Shown: in pieces, positions 23,133-35,980 of the stretch
Position numbering within the stretch: the first letter of the stretch is position 1
How the letters are laid out: the number at the start of each line of letters is the position of its first letter
NCBI GenBank assembly: GCA_041687695.1
Contig: JAWLBL010000015.1
Location: 99,627-163,626, forward strand
Source: Myxococcota bacterium
GTDB taxonomy: Bacteria > Myxococcota_A > UBA9042 > PHBI01 > JAWLBL01
DNA length: 64,000 bases
Direction of reading: 5' to 3'
Made by a program: the position numbers and the translations under genes
Notes under the pieces: generated by a model
What the model saw: only the letters and a program-made list of their open reading frames with translations
What the model was told of the DNA's origin: nothing
The model's database searches: none

Positions 23133-23587
23133 GACGCTGCCGATGTGGTCGTCGGGCCGGCTGGAAGAGGGTGTCGTATCGACCCAGTCGCAGGTTGCCT
23201 TGGAGTGCTCCGGCTTGCCGGAGCCCCGGTCCCGGCGGCTTGCCGCCGGGTTCTGGCCGCCAAACCGGCGCAGCAAGCTGCGCCGAATCGGGGCTCCGGC
23301 AAGCCGGAGCACTCCGGGAGAGCTTCTGCGACACCCTCTGGAAACCGGCGATTCCAGGGGCTTGACGCTGCCGATGGGGACCGGTCGGGCCGGCTGGAAG
23401 AGGGTGTCGTATCGACCCCGTCGCAGGTTGCCTTGGAGTGCTCCAGCTTGCTGGAGCCCCGGAGCCGGCGGCTTGCCGCCGGGATCTGGCCGCTAAACCG
23501 GCGCAGCAAGCTGCGCCGAATTGGGGCTCCGGCAAGCCGGAGCACTCCGGGAGAGCTTGTGCGACACCCTCTTGAAACCGGCGATTC
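23133..23587. repeat. REPIN-like element, two tandem copies of about 233 bp with nested inverted repeats
   Basis: Each copy: AGAGGGTGTCG...GGAGTGCTCCGGCTTGCCGGAGC...GCTCCGGCAAGCCGGAGCACTCC...CGACACCCTCT; between convergent genes. Confidence 0.9.
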
Positions 23588-23854
23588 AGGAGGCCGCCGG
23601 TGCTTCAGGAGTGCCCGCGCTAGCGCGGGCTCGTTGGATCGCGCCGCTTGCGGCGCACCGGGCCGCGGTCATCTTCCGGCCGGACGCCAGCGATCCCAGC
23701 GGGCGGATGCTGCCGATAGGGGCCGTCGGGCAGGCTGCAAGCCGGCGCCCCTAATGGAGGCGGCGGAGTGTGACGACACCCTGCCCAGGTCGGCGGCCCC
23801 TGCGCTGCGGGGGTGACCCGCAGGGTCGGGGGCCGCCGTCTGGACCTTCGGGCG

Positions 23855-25369
23855 CTACTTCTTCAGGCGTCGGCCCTGGGCGTCGTACTCGTAGATGGGC
23901 AGGCCCAGGCCCTCGAGCTCGGCGCGGATGGCCTTCAGGTCGCCCGCCACCACGACGATCATCTGCTTGGGGTCCAGGAAGGTGTTCGCGCTCCCCTGCG
24001 CCGCCGACAGCGTGACCGCCTCGACCCGCGACGGGTAGGCGGTCAGCCAGGTGTTGGGCAGGGGATAGCCGGCTACGGTCGAGATCTGGCCGGCCACGGC
24101 GCCCATGGTCTCGAACTGCCCCGGGTAGCCCAGCAGGAGGCCCCCCGAGGCCTGCTCGAGCTCCTCGGCGCTGATGGGTCGGGTGTCCTTGATCTCGGCG
24201 ATCTCCTTGAAGATCTCGTCCAGACTGGCGCGCGTCGTCGGGCTCTCGACCCCCGCGTAGGCCAGCCAGAAGCCGGCCTCGCGGTAGCGCACGAAGTCGG
24301 TGCGCGCGCCGTAGGTGTAGCCCTTGTCCTCGCGCAGGTTCATGTTCACGCGGGCCGTGAAGGCGCCGCCCAGCACGCGGTTCATCACCAGCGCGTCGAA
24401 GTAGTCGCCGACCGCCTCGCCCCGCGGCATGGGGCCGGCGCGACGCGCCACCGCGATGGCCGACTGCGCGGCGCCCGGGTAGTCGACCACGTGGATGGCC
24501 GGGACGATGCGCGGCGCGGCCACCTTGCGCGGGGTCGCCGTCGGCGCGCCCTTCCAGGCGCCGAAGTGCTTGGTCAGCGCGGCCTCGACCTCGGCCCGCT
24601 CGAGGTCGCCCACGACGACCATCGCGGCGCCCTTGGGCGCGAACAGGGCCTTGTAGTGCTGCTTGACGTCGGCCAGGGTGATGCGCTCGAGGGTCGCGCG
24701 GGTCCCGTCCGCCGCCGTGCCCGCATAGCCGTCGCCGAACAGGGCGGTCCGCAGCACGTTGCCGCGGCCGGTCGGCGGGGCGGCCTCGTCGGCCAGCGCG
24801 GTGGCGATGCGCTGGGCCTTGCGGCGCTCGTACTCGGCGGGCGCGAAGGTGGGCGCCATCACGATGTCGCGCATCAGCGCCAGCGACGGGTCCAGCTTGT
24901 CGGCCAGCAGGTTCATGCGGACGGTGACGGTGTCGGTGTCCGCGCCGGCGGCGTAGTCGGTCGCGAGGCGCTGCAGGGCCTCGCTGAGCTCGAGCGCGCC
25001 CAGCCGGCCGGCGCCCTCGTCGAGCATGTCGGCGGTCAGGCTGGTCAGGCCGGCCTTGGCGGCCGGATCGGTCGCGGCGCCGCGGCGCAGGACCAGGCTG
25101 ACCGAGGCGAGGGGGGCCTGGTCCTGCTTCAGGTAGTAGACCTCGAGCCCGTTGGGCATGGTCCAGGTCTGCACGACCGGCGGGGCCCACTCGGGGGCGT
25201 CGCCCTGGGGCAGCGGCAGGCGGCTGCGGTCGACCGCCGCCGGGGCCTGCGCGGCGGGCTTGGCCGAGGTGGGGGTGGGCGTCGTCTGGGTGGCGGCCGC
25301 GCAGCCGGTGGCCAGCGGGGCGGCGAGGGCCGCGCCGAGCGCGGCGATGAGGAGGCGTGCGTGCTTCAC
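23855..25369 (-). CDS. M16 (pitrilysin) family peptidase, non-catalytic-type subunit, lipoprotein
   Basis: GTG 25369 overlapping the upstream stop; lipobox LATGC; lacks HxxEH; RVNMNLREDKGYTYG motif. Confidence 0.88.
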   Translation of the reverse strand: MKHARLLIAALGAALAAPLATGCAAATQTTPTPTSAKPAAQAPAAVDRSRLPLPQGDAPEWAPPVVQTWTMPNGLEVYYLKQDQAPLASVSLVLRRGAATDPAAKAGLTSLTADMLDEGAGRLGALELSEALQRLATDYAAGADTDTVTVRMNLLADKLDPSLALMRDIVMAPTFAPAEYERRKAQRIATALADEAAPPTGRGNVLRTALFGDGYAGTAADGTRATLERITLADVKQHYKALFAPKGAAMVVVGDLERAEVEAALTKHFGAWKGAPTATPRKVAAPRIVPAIHVVDYPGAAQSAIAVARRAGPMPRGEAVGDYFDALVMNRVLGGAFTARVNMNLREDKGYTYGARTDFVRYREAGFWLAYAGVESPTTRASLDEIFKEIAEIKDTRPISAEELEQASGGLLLGYPGQFETMGAVAGQISTVAGYPLPNTWLTAYPSRVEAVTLSAAQGSANTFLDPKQMIVVVAGDLKAIRAELEGLGLPIYEYDAQGRRLKK

Positions 25370-26727
25370 TGGGCGCCCTCCGAGCGGGCGGCCGACTGGG
25401 CGGCCGGGACGATGTCGACGCGCAGGGGGCGGTCGAGCTGGACGTGGCGGCCGGCGGCGGCGTGGACGTCGGCGGGCGACAGGGAGGTGTAGCGGCCCAG
25501 ATCGCGGTCCAGGTAGTCGGGCTGGCCGGCCACGTGCAGGTAGTTGCTGAGGATCTGGGCGCGGTCGAGCACCGCCTCGAGGCGCTGGAAGAAGGACTTG
25601 CGCCAGCCGTTGACGCTGCGCGCGACCTCGTCGTCGGTGGGCGGCGTGGCCAGCGCCTTGGCGAGCGCGGCCTCGAGGGCGCGGGCGACCTCGTCGGCGC
25701 TCTTTCCGGGGGCGGCGGTGGCCTCGACGACGAACATGCCGCCCATCATGCGCGAGTACTGGAAGGCGCTGACGTCTTTGGCGACCTTCTGCTCGTAGAC
25801 CAGCGGCTGGTACAGGCGGCTGGTCTTGCCGTCGGTCAGGACCGAGGCGAGCACGTCGAGGGCGGCGTCGCCGTCGGCGTACAGGGCCGGCGAGTGCCAG
25901 GCGAGGACGACCTTGGGCAGCTTGATCTTGTCGTCGGTGTGCACGACGTGCTTGCGCTCGGTCAGCGCGGGCGTCGCGGCCTTGGGGGTCGGGGCGCGCT
26001 GGCCGGCCGGGATGGCGCCGAAGTACTTGCGGACCAGCTCCTTGGCGGCCTGAGGCTCGAAGTCGCCGACGATGGTGACCACCGCGTTGGCCGGCACGTA
26101 GTACTGGCGGAAGAAGCCCTTGACGTCGTCCAGGCTGGCCGCGGTCAGGTCGGCGTGCGAGCCGATGGTGAGGTGCCGATAGGGGTGCCCCTCGGGGTAC
26201 AGCCCGGTCGACAGCGCCTCCCACAGGACGCCGTAGGGGCGGTCCTCGTAGTTCTGACGGCGCTCGTTCTTCACGACGTCGCGCTGGTTGTCGAGCTTGC
26301 CCTGCGTCAGCGCGGGCAGGAAGTGCGCCATCCGGTCGGACTCCATCCACAGCACGGTCTCGAGGTAGTTCGAGGGGACGCGCTGGTAGTAGTTGGTCCG
26401 ATCGGAGTTGGTCGTGCCGTTGATGCGGCCGCCGATGGGCTCGAAGGGTTTGAAGTACTCGTCGTCGTAGTGCTCCGAGCCCTGGAACATCAGATGCTCG
26501 AACAGGTGCGCGAAGCCCGTGCGGCCCTTCACTTCATGGGCCGAGCCGACGAAGTAGCGGACCTCGACGGCGACCACGGGCAGGCGCGTGTCGCGGCTGA
26601 GGAGCACGGTCAGGCCGTTGTCGAGCTTCATGGTCTCGACGGGCAGCTCGGGCGCGGCAGCCGTCGCCGGGGGTGGGACGGCGACCTGCGCCAGGGCGAG
26701 CGCGGTCAGAAGTGGGATCACGAGCAC
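25366..26727 (-). CDS. M16 family zinc peptidase, catalytic subunit (start uncertain, ORF extends to 26784)
   Basis: GFAHLFEHLMFQGS (HxxEH), NGTTNSDRTNYY, ESDRM, VVKNERR. Confidence 0.92.
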   Translation of the reverse strand: MLVIPLLTALALAQVAVPPPATAAAPELPVETMKLDNGLTVLLSRDTRLPVVAVEVRYFVGSAHEVKGRTGFAHLFEHLMFQGSEHYDDEYFKPFEPIGGRINGTTNSDRTNYYQRVPSNYLETVLWMESDRMAHFLPALTQGKLDNQRDVVKNERRQNYEDRPYGVLWEALSTGLYPEGHPYRHLTIGSHADLTAASLDDVKGFFRQYYVPANAVVTIVGDFEPQAAKELVRKYFGAIPAGQRAPTPKAATPALTERKHVVHTDDKIKLPKVVLAWHSPALYADGDAALDVLASVLTDGKTSRLYQPLVYEQKVAKDVSAFQYSRMMGGMFVVEATAAPGKSADEVARALEAALAKALATPPTDDEVARSVNGWRKSFFQRLEAVLDRAQILSNYLHVAGQPDYLDRDLGRYTSLSPADVHAAAGRHVQLDRPLRVDIVPAAQSAARSEGAQ

Positions 26728-26978
26728 CTCGCTGTCACGGTAGGGAGGATGGGGACGGGCCGCGGCTTCGGGCCCGGCGGTCATGTGCGAACGCGGGAGG
26801 AGCGATCGACGACACGCGGCGCACTGTCAACCCGCGGTGACGAGAGGTGTTCCCCAATTCCCGTGGGGCGTCACGCTTTCGGGCCGCGTCGCAATTGACT
26901 GATTGTGAATCGTCCGGCGGGCGTGTACCCTGGCCCGCAAACCTGCGCGCACCCCCACGCCCCTCTCCGGAGCCTTTC

Positions 26979-27632
26979 ATGAAGATCGCCGTCCTCGGGA
27001 CCGGCACCGTCGGTCAGACCATCGCCAGCAAGCTCGTCAGTCTGGGCCACGAGGTGCGTCTGGGCGCCCGGGACGCCTACAACCAGAAGGCCGTCGCCTG
27101 GGCCGGTCGCGCCGGGCCCCTGGCGTCGTTCGGCACCTTCGCGGACGCGGCGCGGTTCGGCGAGCTGGCCTTCAACTGCACCGCCGGCGTGGCCAGCCTC
27201 AAGGCCCTCGAGCTGGCCGGCGCCCCGGCCCTGTCCGGCAAGATCCTGGTCGACGTGGCCAACCCGCTGGACTTCTCGCGCGGCTTCCCGCCGACGCTGG
27301 CGGTGAGCAACCACGACTCGCTGGGCGAGCAGATTCAGCGCGCGTTCCCGGACACGCGGGTGGTCAAATCGCTCAACACCGTCAACAGCGAGGTGATGGT
27401 CGATCCGTCGCGGGTCCCGGGCGACCACGTGATGTTCGTGTGCGGCGAGGACGAGGCCGCCAAGGCGCGCGTCACCGAGATCCTGAAGGAGTGGTTCGGC
27501 TGGGGGACCGTGCTGGATTTGGGCGGCATCGGCAGCGCGCGCGGGATGGAGGCCTACCTGCTGCTGTGGGTCCGCATGTGGCGAGCGCTGGGCACCGGGG
27601 ACTTCAACGTGGGCGTGAGCTACGCGATGTGA
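26979..27632 (+). CDS. NADP oxidoreductase (F420_oxidored / dinucleotide-binding family)
   Basis: MKIAVLGTGTVG Rossmann motif, KILVDVANPL, SLGEQIQ...VVKSLNT. Confidence 0.88.
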   Translation: MKIAVLGTGTVGQTIASKLVSLGHEVRLGARDAYNQKAVAWAGRAGPLASFGTFADAARFGELAFNCTAGVASLKALELAGAPALSGKILVDVANPLDFSRGFPPTLAVSNHDSLGEQIQRAFPDTRVVKSLNTVNSEVMVDPSRVPGDHVMFVCGEDEAAKARVTEILKEWFGWGTVLDLGGIGSARGMEAYLLLWVRMWRALGTGDFNVGVSYAM

Positions 27633-27742
27633 CGGGCCATCCGGCGTCGCAACATCGGCGCTGGGAGGGCGCGCGGACCTGCGGCTCTGGACATTGAGAG
27701 ACGCGCGGCCCGATCGGAGGGCCCGGGCTCGGCGGCGCCGCG

Positions 27743-28696
27743 TCAGCGCAGCAGCACGAGCAGCTTCTTGACCAGGGGATCGAGCTCCTCCTGGGTCAGA
27801 TCGAGGGCCAGCTCGACCTGCGCGCGCTTGGTGGTGACCTGCACCTTGGACAGGGCCGAGGCGAAGCCCATCAGGCGCATCTGCGGGTCGGCGGCGGCCT
27901 CGGCGAGGCCCTTGCGCGTCTCCTCGGCCATCTCGACGGCGGACTTGGCGTCGACGGCGCCCAGGCTGAGGCGGACCTTCAGGCCGTCGCCCAGATCGAA
28001 CGAGCCGGCGGCGCTCTGGAAGCGGCCGTAGAGCGGGTTGTCGCGGCCCATCTCGTCGCGCATGCCCTTGGGGACCAGCATGGCGAACCAGGCGTCGGCC
28101 TTGGTGTCGACCGCCTTGACCAGCTTCATCATGGCGGCGTTCTTCTCGAGCGAGGCGCCCTTGGGGGCGCGCGCCGCGATGGCGGCCTGGATGGCCGGGG
28201 TGTTGCCCGCCACGGCGTGGTCGCCGACGAACAGCAGGCCCCCGCCGTCGATCTCGTACCAGGCCTGGCCCAGGTGCTCGCGCGCCGTGGAGGGGGCGCC
28301 GCGCTTGTCCGAGAAGGCCAGCAGCTTGGGGCCGTCGATCTTGCCGCGGGCGAAGATGAGCGCGTCGCCCGGCGCCCCGCCGGACGTGAACGGCATCACG
28401 ATGGTCAGCGAGCGCAGGTCCTGGTGGACGTCGAGGCCGACCTCGGCGCGCAGCTCCTCGAAGCCGCGGCGCGTGGACTCGTCCTTGGTCAGCTCGGCGA
28501 CCGCGGCCGGGTAGGCGGGGTGTTTGCGCAGCTGCTCCAGATCGACGGACACGACCAGGGTCGAGTCCCGCGGCGCCATCTTCAGCGCGGCGCGGCCGTC
28601 GTCGGCCACCGCGGGACCGGCGGCGACGAACACGAAGAGCGCGGCCGCCAGCGCGACGGCGACCCGAACGGGCGAGCGGAGGGGGAGGGCGAGCAT
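27743..28696 (-). CDS. Secreted hypothetical protein
   Basis: Signal peptide ...AALFVFVAAGPAVA-DD; host-like codon usage; GGAG RBS. Confidence 0.7.
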   Translation of the reverse strand: MLALPLRSPVRVAVALAAALFVFVAAGPAVADDGRAALKMAPRDSTLVVSVDLEQLRKHPAYPAAVAELTKDESTRRGFEELRAEVGLDVHQDLRSLTIVMPFTSGGAPGDALIFARGKIDGPKLLAFSDKRGAPSTAREHLGQAWYEIDGGGLLFVGDHAVAGNTPAIQAAIAARAPKGASLEKNAAMMKLVKAVDTKADAWFAMLVPKGMRDEMGRDNPLYGRFQSAAGSFDLGDGLKVRLSLGAVDAKSAVEMAEETRKGLAEAAADPQMRLMGFASALSKVQVTTKRAQVELALDLTQEELDPLVKKLLVLLR

Positions 28697-28898
28697 GGCA
28701 GGCTCCACGAGGCAGGGCGACACAGGCGCGGGACAGGCGCAGCATGGGCCGTAACGACGCTACGTCAAGCCAACGCTGCCCCTCCTCCAACGCGCCTCCG
28801 CCCCTCCTTCGTCCTCAGCGCCCCTCGCGACCACCCGGGCGACCAGCCGCGACGGGGGGCTTGGCCAGGGGCGCGTCGCTCGTGGTAGCTTCCGCGGC

Positions 28899-29588
28899 AT
28901 GTTGCTCGCCGCGGGCCTGATGTTGACCGTCCTCTTCGCCGCACCCGACGCGCGGCCGGCGGACGAGGTGCGCGCGGCCGCTCGCAAGGTGCTGGACGAC
29001 TCGGGGTACCAACGCCAGCTGCCCGCCGTCGCGCCGGAGGTCAGCGACAAACCGGCCTCGCCGCCTGTGACGCGTCGGCTCTCGCGCCCGGGGCCGGTGG
29101 CGCACATCGCCAGCTGGCTGCTGTGGATCCTGCTCGCGGGCGTCCTGGTCGTCGGGCTGCTGTGGCTGGCGCAGCAGTGGCGCGGCGGAGAGGCCGCCCA
29201 GGTCGACCTGGCCGCGACTACGCCGGGGACGGGCAGCCCGGCCCCGCCCCCGGTCCGCCCGCTGGGCGAGGCCGACGTCTTGGCCGAGACCGGCCGCTAC
29301 GCGGACGCCATCCACGTCCTGCTGCTCGCGGCCATCCGCGAGATGGCGCAGCGCCTGTCCCTGCGCATCCCCGACTCCGACACCAGCCGCGAGGTGCTCG
29401 GCGCCGCTCCCGTCGGCGCCGCCGGCCGCGACGCGCTCGGCCGTTTGGTCCGCGCCGTCGAGCTGACCCGCTTCGGCGACGCCGCGGCCGACGCCGACGA
29501 CTACGCCCGCTGCCTGTCGCACTACCGCCGCTTCGTCGCCGAGTGCGACGCGGCCGACCGCACGACCACGCCCGCGAGGGCCGCTTGA
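28899..29588 (+). CDS. DUF4129 domain membrane protein
   Basis: TM segment then GRYADAIHVLLL...SDTSREVL...VELTRFG; standard position before DUF4350/MoxR. Confidence 0.8.
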   Translation: MLLAAGLMLTVLFAAPDARPADEVRAAARKVLDDSGYQRQLPAVAPEVSDKPASPPVTRRLSRPGPVAHIASWLLWILLAGVLVVGLLWLAQQWRGGEAAQVDLAATTPGTGSPAPPPVRPLGEADVLAETGRYADAIHVLLLAAIREMAQRLSLRIPDSDTSREVLGAAPVGAAGRDALGRLVRAVELTRFGDAAADADDYARCLSHYRRFVAECDAADRTTTPARAA

Positions 29589-30821
29589 CCGGAGCCACCA
29601 ACCCCTTCGGCCGCCGCGCCGCCTGGTGGATCGCCGGCCTGTGCGCCGTCTCGTTCGTCTTCGGGCTGGTCGCGGTCATCTTCGCCGAAGACCTGGGCGA
29701 CGGCGGCGCCGCCTCGGCCGAGGCCAACAGCTTCAGCCGCTCGGCCCTGGGGCACCGCGCCTTCGTCGACCTGCTGCGCGAGCTCGACGTCCCGGTGGTC
29801 GTCAGCCAGCACGCCTCGGCCGCCCGCGCGCGCGACGGGGCCCTGCTCGTCCTCGAGCCGGGCGACGCGAACGACCTGGACCGCGACCGCGACGGCCTGC
29901 GCGACCTGGTCTACGCCGACGCCCACGTCCTGCTGGCGCTGCCCAAGTGGCGCGGGGTGCCCGACCCGAACCGGCCCGGCCATTGGATCGCCCGGGCCGA
30001 GCCGCTGCCGACCAGCCACCCCGACGGCCTGCTGGGCGAGGTCGGCCTGGACGCCCGCGTCGTCCGCACGTCGGCCGCCCGCGTGCGCTGCGACGCCCCG
30101 CGCTACGGGGCGACGGTCGAGCTGCCCTCCCCGCAGCTCCTCGAGGACCGGGCCGACCAGCTCGAGCCCCTCATCACCTGCGACGGCGGCCTGCTCGCCG
30201 GCCTGACCTGGGACGACGACGGCCGCCGCCTGCTGGTCCTGGCCGACCCCGATCTCCTGGCGACCCACGGCCTGGGCCTGGCGGACAACGCCGTCGCCGC
30301 GGTCGCCCTGGTCGACGCGCTCCGCGACGGCGGCCCGGTCGTGCTCGACGAGACGCTGCACGGCTTCATCCGCCGCCCCAGCTTCTGGCGGCAGCTCGCC
30401 GAGTTCCCCCTGGCGCTCGCCACCCTGCACGGCCTGCTGCTGCTCGCCGTCGGCCTGTGGGCGGGCCTGCGCCGCTTCGGCCCGGCCCTGCCGCCGCCGC
30501 CCGCCATCGCCCCCGGCAAGGGCTTCCTCATCGCCAACACGGCCGACCTCATCGAGGTGGCCGGCCACTCGCGCGCCTCGCTCCAGCGCTACTGGGTCGC
30601 CACCCGCGCCGAGGTCGCCCGCGCCCTGCACGCGCCCGCCGGCCTGGACGCGCCCGCCCTGCGCGCCTGGCTCGCCTCGCTCTCCGGCGGCCGCCACGCC
30701 GAGCGCCTCGCCGCCGCCGAGGCCGCCGTCGACGCCGCCACCGCCTCCGACGCCCCCGCCGGGCGCCGCCACCTGCTCCGCGCCGCCCGCCTCGTCCACG
30801 CCTGGAAGGAAGACGTCCTCG

Positions 30822-30844
<23 letters not shown>
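29585..30844 (+). CDS. DUF4350 domain membrane protein
   Basis: Probable TTG start overlapping the upstream [23 protein letters not shown]...[17 protein letters not shown]. Confidence 0.78.
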
Positions 30845-31808
<964 letters not shown>

Positions 31809-31816
31809 GCCGTCCG

Positions 31817-33141
<1,325 letters not shown>

Positions 33142-33142
<1 letters not shown>

Positions 33143-34128
33143 TGACGCTCAAGTCCACCGCCTTCCGCCGCGAACGCGAGGCCACCTGGGTCGAGCTCGA
33201 GGACCTGGTCACCCGGGTCGAGCACAAGGGCCTGGCCTGCCTGGACGAGGCCGAGCTGACGCGCCTGCCGACCCTGTACCGCGCGACCCTTTCGTCGCTG
33301 AGCGTCGCCCGCGCCATCTCGCTCGACAAGGCGCTGGTCGGCTACCTCGAGGCCCTGTCCGCCCGCGCCTACGTCGCCGTCTACTCGACCCGCCGGCGCT
33401 TCGGGCCCGCCCTGTCCGACTTCTTCCTGCGTCGCTTCCCGGGCGCCGTCCGGCAGGCCTGGGCGCCGCTGGTCCTGGTCACCCTGGTGCTGGCGCTGGG
33501 CATCGCCACCGGCTGGGCCGTGGTCGCCGCCGACCCCGAGCGCTTCTACGACTTCGTGCAAGCCGACTACGCCCAGGGCCGCGACCCGGCCAGCTCGACC
33601 CGCTCGCTGCGCGCCAGCCTGTACGACACCGACCACGAGGGCGGCGCGCTGGCGGCCTTCTCGAGCTTCCTCTTCACCCACAACGCCCGCATCGGCCTGC
33701 TCTGCCTGGCCCTGGGCGCCGTCGCCGGCCTGCCGGTCTTCCTGCTGATGTTCACCAACGGCCTGCTGCTGGGCGCCTTCTCGGCCCTGTTCGCCGGGCG
33801 CGGGCTGGGCCTGGATTTTTGGGGCTGGGTGCTGCCCCACGGCGTCACCGAGCTGCTGGCCTTGCTGCTGTGCGGCGCCGCGGGGCTGGCCCTGGGGCGC
33901 GCCGTGGTCTTTCCCGGGCGGCTGTCAAGGCTGGACGAGCTGGCCCGCGCCGGGCGCGCGGTGGCCCCCATCGGCGTGGGCGCCGTCGGCCTGTTCTTCG
34001 TGGCCGGCCTCATCGAGGGCGTGTTCCGCCAGACGGTGACCGACCTGGGGGTGCGCTGGACCGTCGCCCTCGCCACGGCGACGCTGTGGGGCTGGTACTT
34101 CCTGCGCTTCGGGAGGGCGGCGCGATGA
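33142..34128 (+). CDS. Stage II sporulation protein M-like (DUF95) membrane protein
   Basis: LFTHNARIG, NGLLLG, LPHGVTEL, AGLIEG. Confidence 0.9.
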
Positions 34129-35054
34129 GCAGGAAGAGCCCCGCCTCCGCCCCCGCCACCACGGGCGCCGACCCGCGCCGCGCTCGCGTCCTGCTGACCC
34201 CCGAGGGTGTCCCGCTGACCTTCACCCTGGCGGCGCGCGGCGATCGCCTGGTGGCGCTGGGGCTGGACCTGCTCATCGTGGTGGGCGCGCCCATCCTGCT
34301 GTTCGTCCTGATCTACTTCGGGCTGGCCGCGCTCTACGGCGGCGGCCTCGAGTGGTCGCTGGCCCTGGTGCTGCTGGTCGTCTTCCTGTTCCGCACCTTC
34401 TATTTCACGCTGTTCGAGCTGCGCTGGCAGGGCCAGACGCCCGGCAAACGCAAGGTCGGCCTGCGCGTGGTCGATCGCCGCGGCGGGCCGCTGACGGGCG
34501 ACGCCATCTTCGTGCGCAACGTCACGCGAGAGCTCGAGCTGTTCGTGCCGCTGGCGGCGCTGACGCAGCCCGAGGCGCTCTACCCGGGATCGGCCGGGCT
34601 GGGCGCGCTCTTCGCCATCCTGTGGCTGCTGGTGCTGGCCTGTCTGCCGCTGTGGAACCGCGACAGCCTGCGGCTGGGGGACCTCGCCGCCGGCACGATG
34701 GTGGTCGAGACCCCCAAGGCCGTGCTGCTCGACGACCTGGCCAGCGCCCCCGAGGCCCCGGCGCGCCCGTTCGCCCTGCGGCCCGCCGAGGCGCCGGACG
34801 TGACCTTCACGAGCGAGCAGCTGGACCACTACGGTATCTACGAGCTGCAGGTCCTCGAGGATCTGCTGCGCCGCGACGACCCCGATCCCGAGGCCCTGGC
34901 CGTCGTCGCCGGCAAGGTGCAGCGCAAGATCGGGTGGGACCCGGCGGCCGCCATCCCCCCCGAGCCGTTCCTGCGCGCCTTCTACAAGGCCCAGCGCGCC
35001 CGCCTCGAGCACAAGCTGCTGCTGGGCCAGCGCCAGGAGCGAAAGCGCGCCTGA
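34125..35054 (+). CDS. RDD family protein
   Basis: ATGA overlap; TPEGVPL...RLVALGLD, GQTPGKRKVGLRVV, RLGDLAAGTMVV. Confidence 0.9.
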   Translation: MSRKSPASAPATTGADPRRARVLLTPEGVPLTFTLAARGDRLVALGLDLLIVVGAPILLFVLIYFGLAALYGGGLEWSLALVLLVVFLFRTFYFTLFELRWQGQTPGKRKVGLRVVDRRGGPLTGDAIFVRNVTRELELFVPLAALTQPEALYPGSAGLGALFAILWLLVLACLPLWNRDSLRLGDLAAGTMVVETPKAVLLDDLASAPEAPARPFALRPAEAPDVTFTSEQLDHYGIYELQVLEDLLRRDDPDPEALAVVAGKVQRKIGWDPAAAIPPEPFLRAFYKAQRARLEHKLLLGQRQERKRA

Positions 35055-35080
35055 CGTCGGCCCCAGCAGCGGACGCGGGT

Positions 35081-35773
35081 TCAGTCGAAGACCGAGGCCA
35101 GGCCGTCGATGTCGACGCCCTCCTTGTCGCGGCGCAGCTCGGAGTAGGCGACCGCGGCGGCGACGGCCGTCAGCGTCGACGAGACGATGGACAGGGCCAC
35201 GATGGCCAGCAGCAGGCCGCGCGGGTGGAAGAGGTCGCCCACGAAGATGAAGCCGCCCATGGCGAAGGCGAGGCCGAACTGCAGCAGGCCGATGACCAGC
35301 ACGGCGGCGAAGATGATCATCTTGGCCCCGTCGGTCAGCTCGTTGCTGCGCTTGAGCGAGGCGATGAGGCCGGGCTTCTCGATGACGGCGACCGGCACCG
35401 CCACGTAGAGCATGCAGGCCAGGATGACGCCGGGGATGACCAGCAGCAGCGTGCCGCCGAAGATGGCGAGGCCCGACAGGATCGCGACGCCGAGGACCGG
35501 CAGCAGGCGGCCGAAGCCGATGGACAGCGACTGCCCGAGGCTGGGGGCGTTGCCGCGCAGCCGCTCGACCACCGAGTAGGTCAGGGCGCCGGTGGCGACG
35601 GGGCCGAGCACGAGCGACGCGTTGTCGATCACCGTGCCGAGCGTCTCGTCGATGGCGCCGAAGGCCGTGTAGAGCAGCAGCGGCACGTGGATGAGCGCCG
35701 TGATGAGCGTGAACGGTAGGAAGTTCTGAAAGAAGATGGCGAACGTGCGCGCCAGCAGGCTGCCTGCGGTCAT
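35081..35773 (-). CDS. Integral membrane protein (YciC / GDPD membrane-domain-like)
   Basis: About 6 TM segments; VPVAVIEKPG...SLKRSNELT, AYSELRRDKEGVD. Confidence 0.72.
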   Translation of the reverse strand: MTAGSLLARTFAIFFQNFLPFTLITALIHVPLLLYTAFGAIDETLGTVIDNASLVLGPVATGALTYSVVERLRGNAPSLGQSLSIGFGRLLPVLGVAILSGLAIFGGTLLLVIPGVILACMLYVAVPVAVIEKPGLIASLKRSNELTDGAKMIIFAAVLVIGLLQFGLAFAMGGFIFVGDLFHPRGLLLAIVALSIVSSTLTAVAAAVAYSELRRDKEGVDIDGLASVFD

Positions 35774-35980
35774 GGTGTCCCCCCCATGGGATCCCGTGCG
35801 TTTGTCGACGCCGCCCCGACCGAAGGGGAAGCGGCCGATGGCACCATCTCACCGCCCGCTGTCCAGCGCAACCCGACCTCGCGCGCTTGCAACGGCCACC
35901 GGGTGACGGCGCCACGCGTTCGCGCTAGGCTCGCGACGCACACGCTTCGGACACGCCTTCATCGCATCGCGGGAGCCCCC

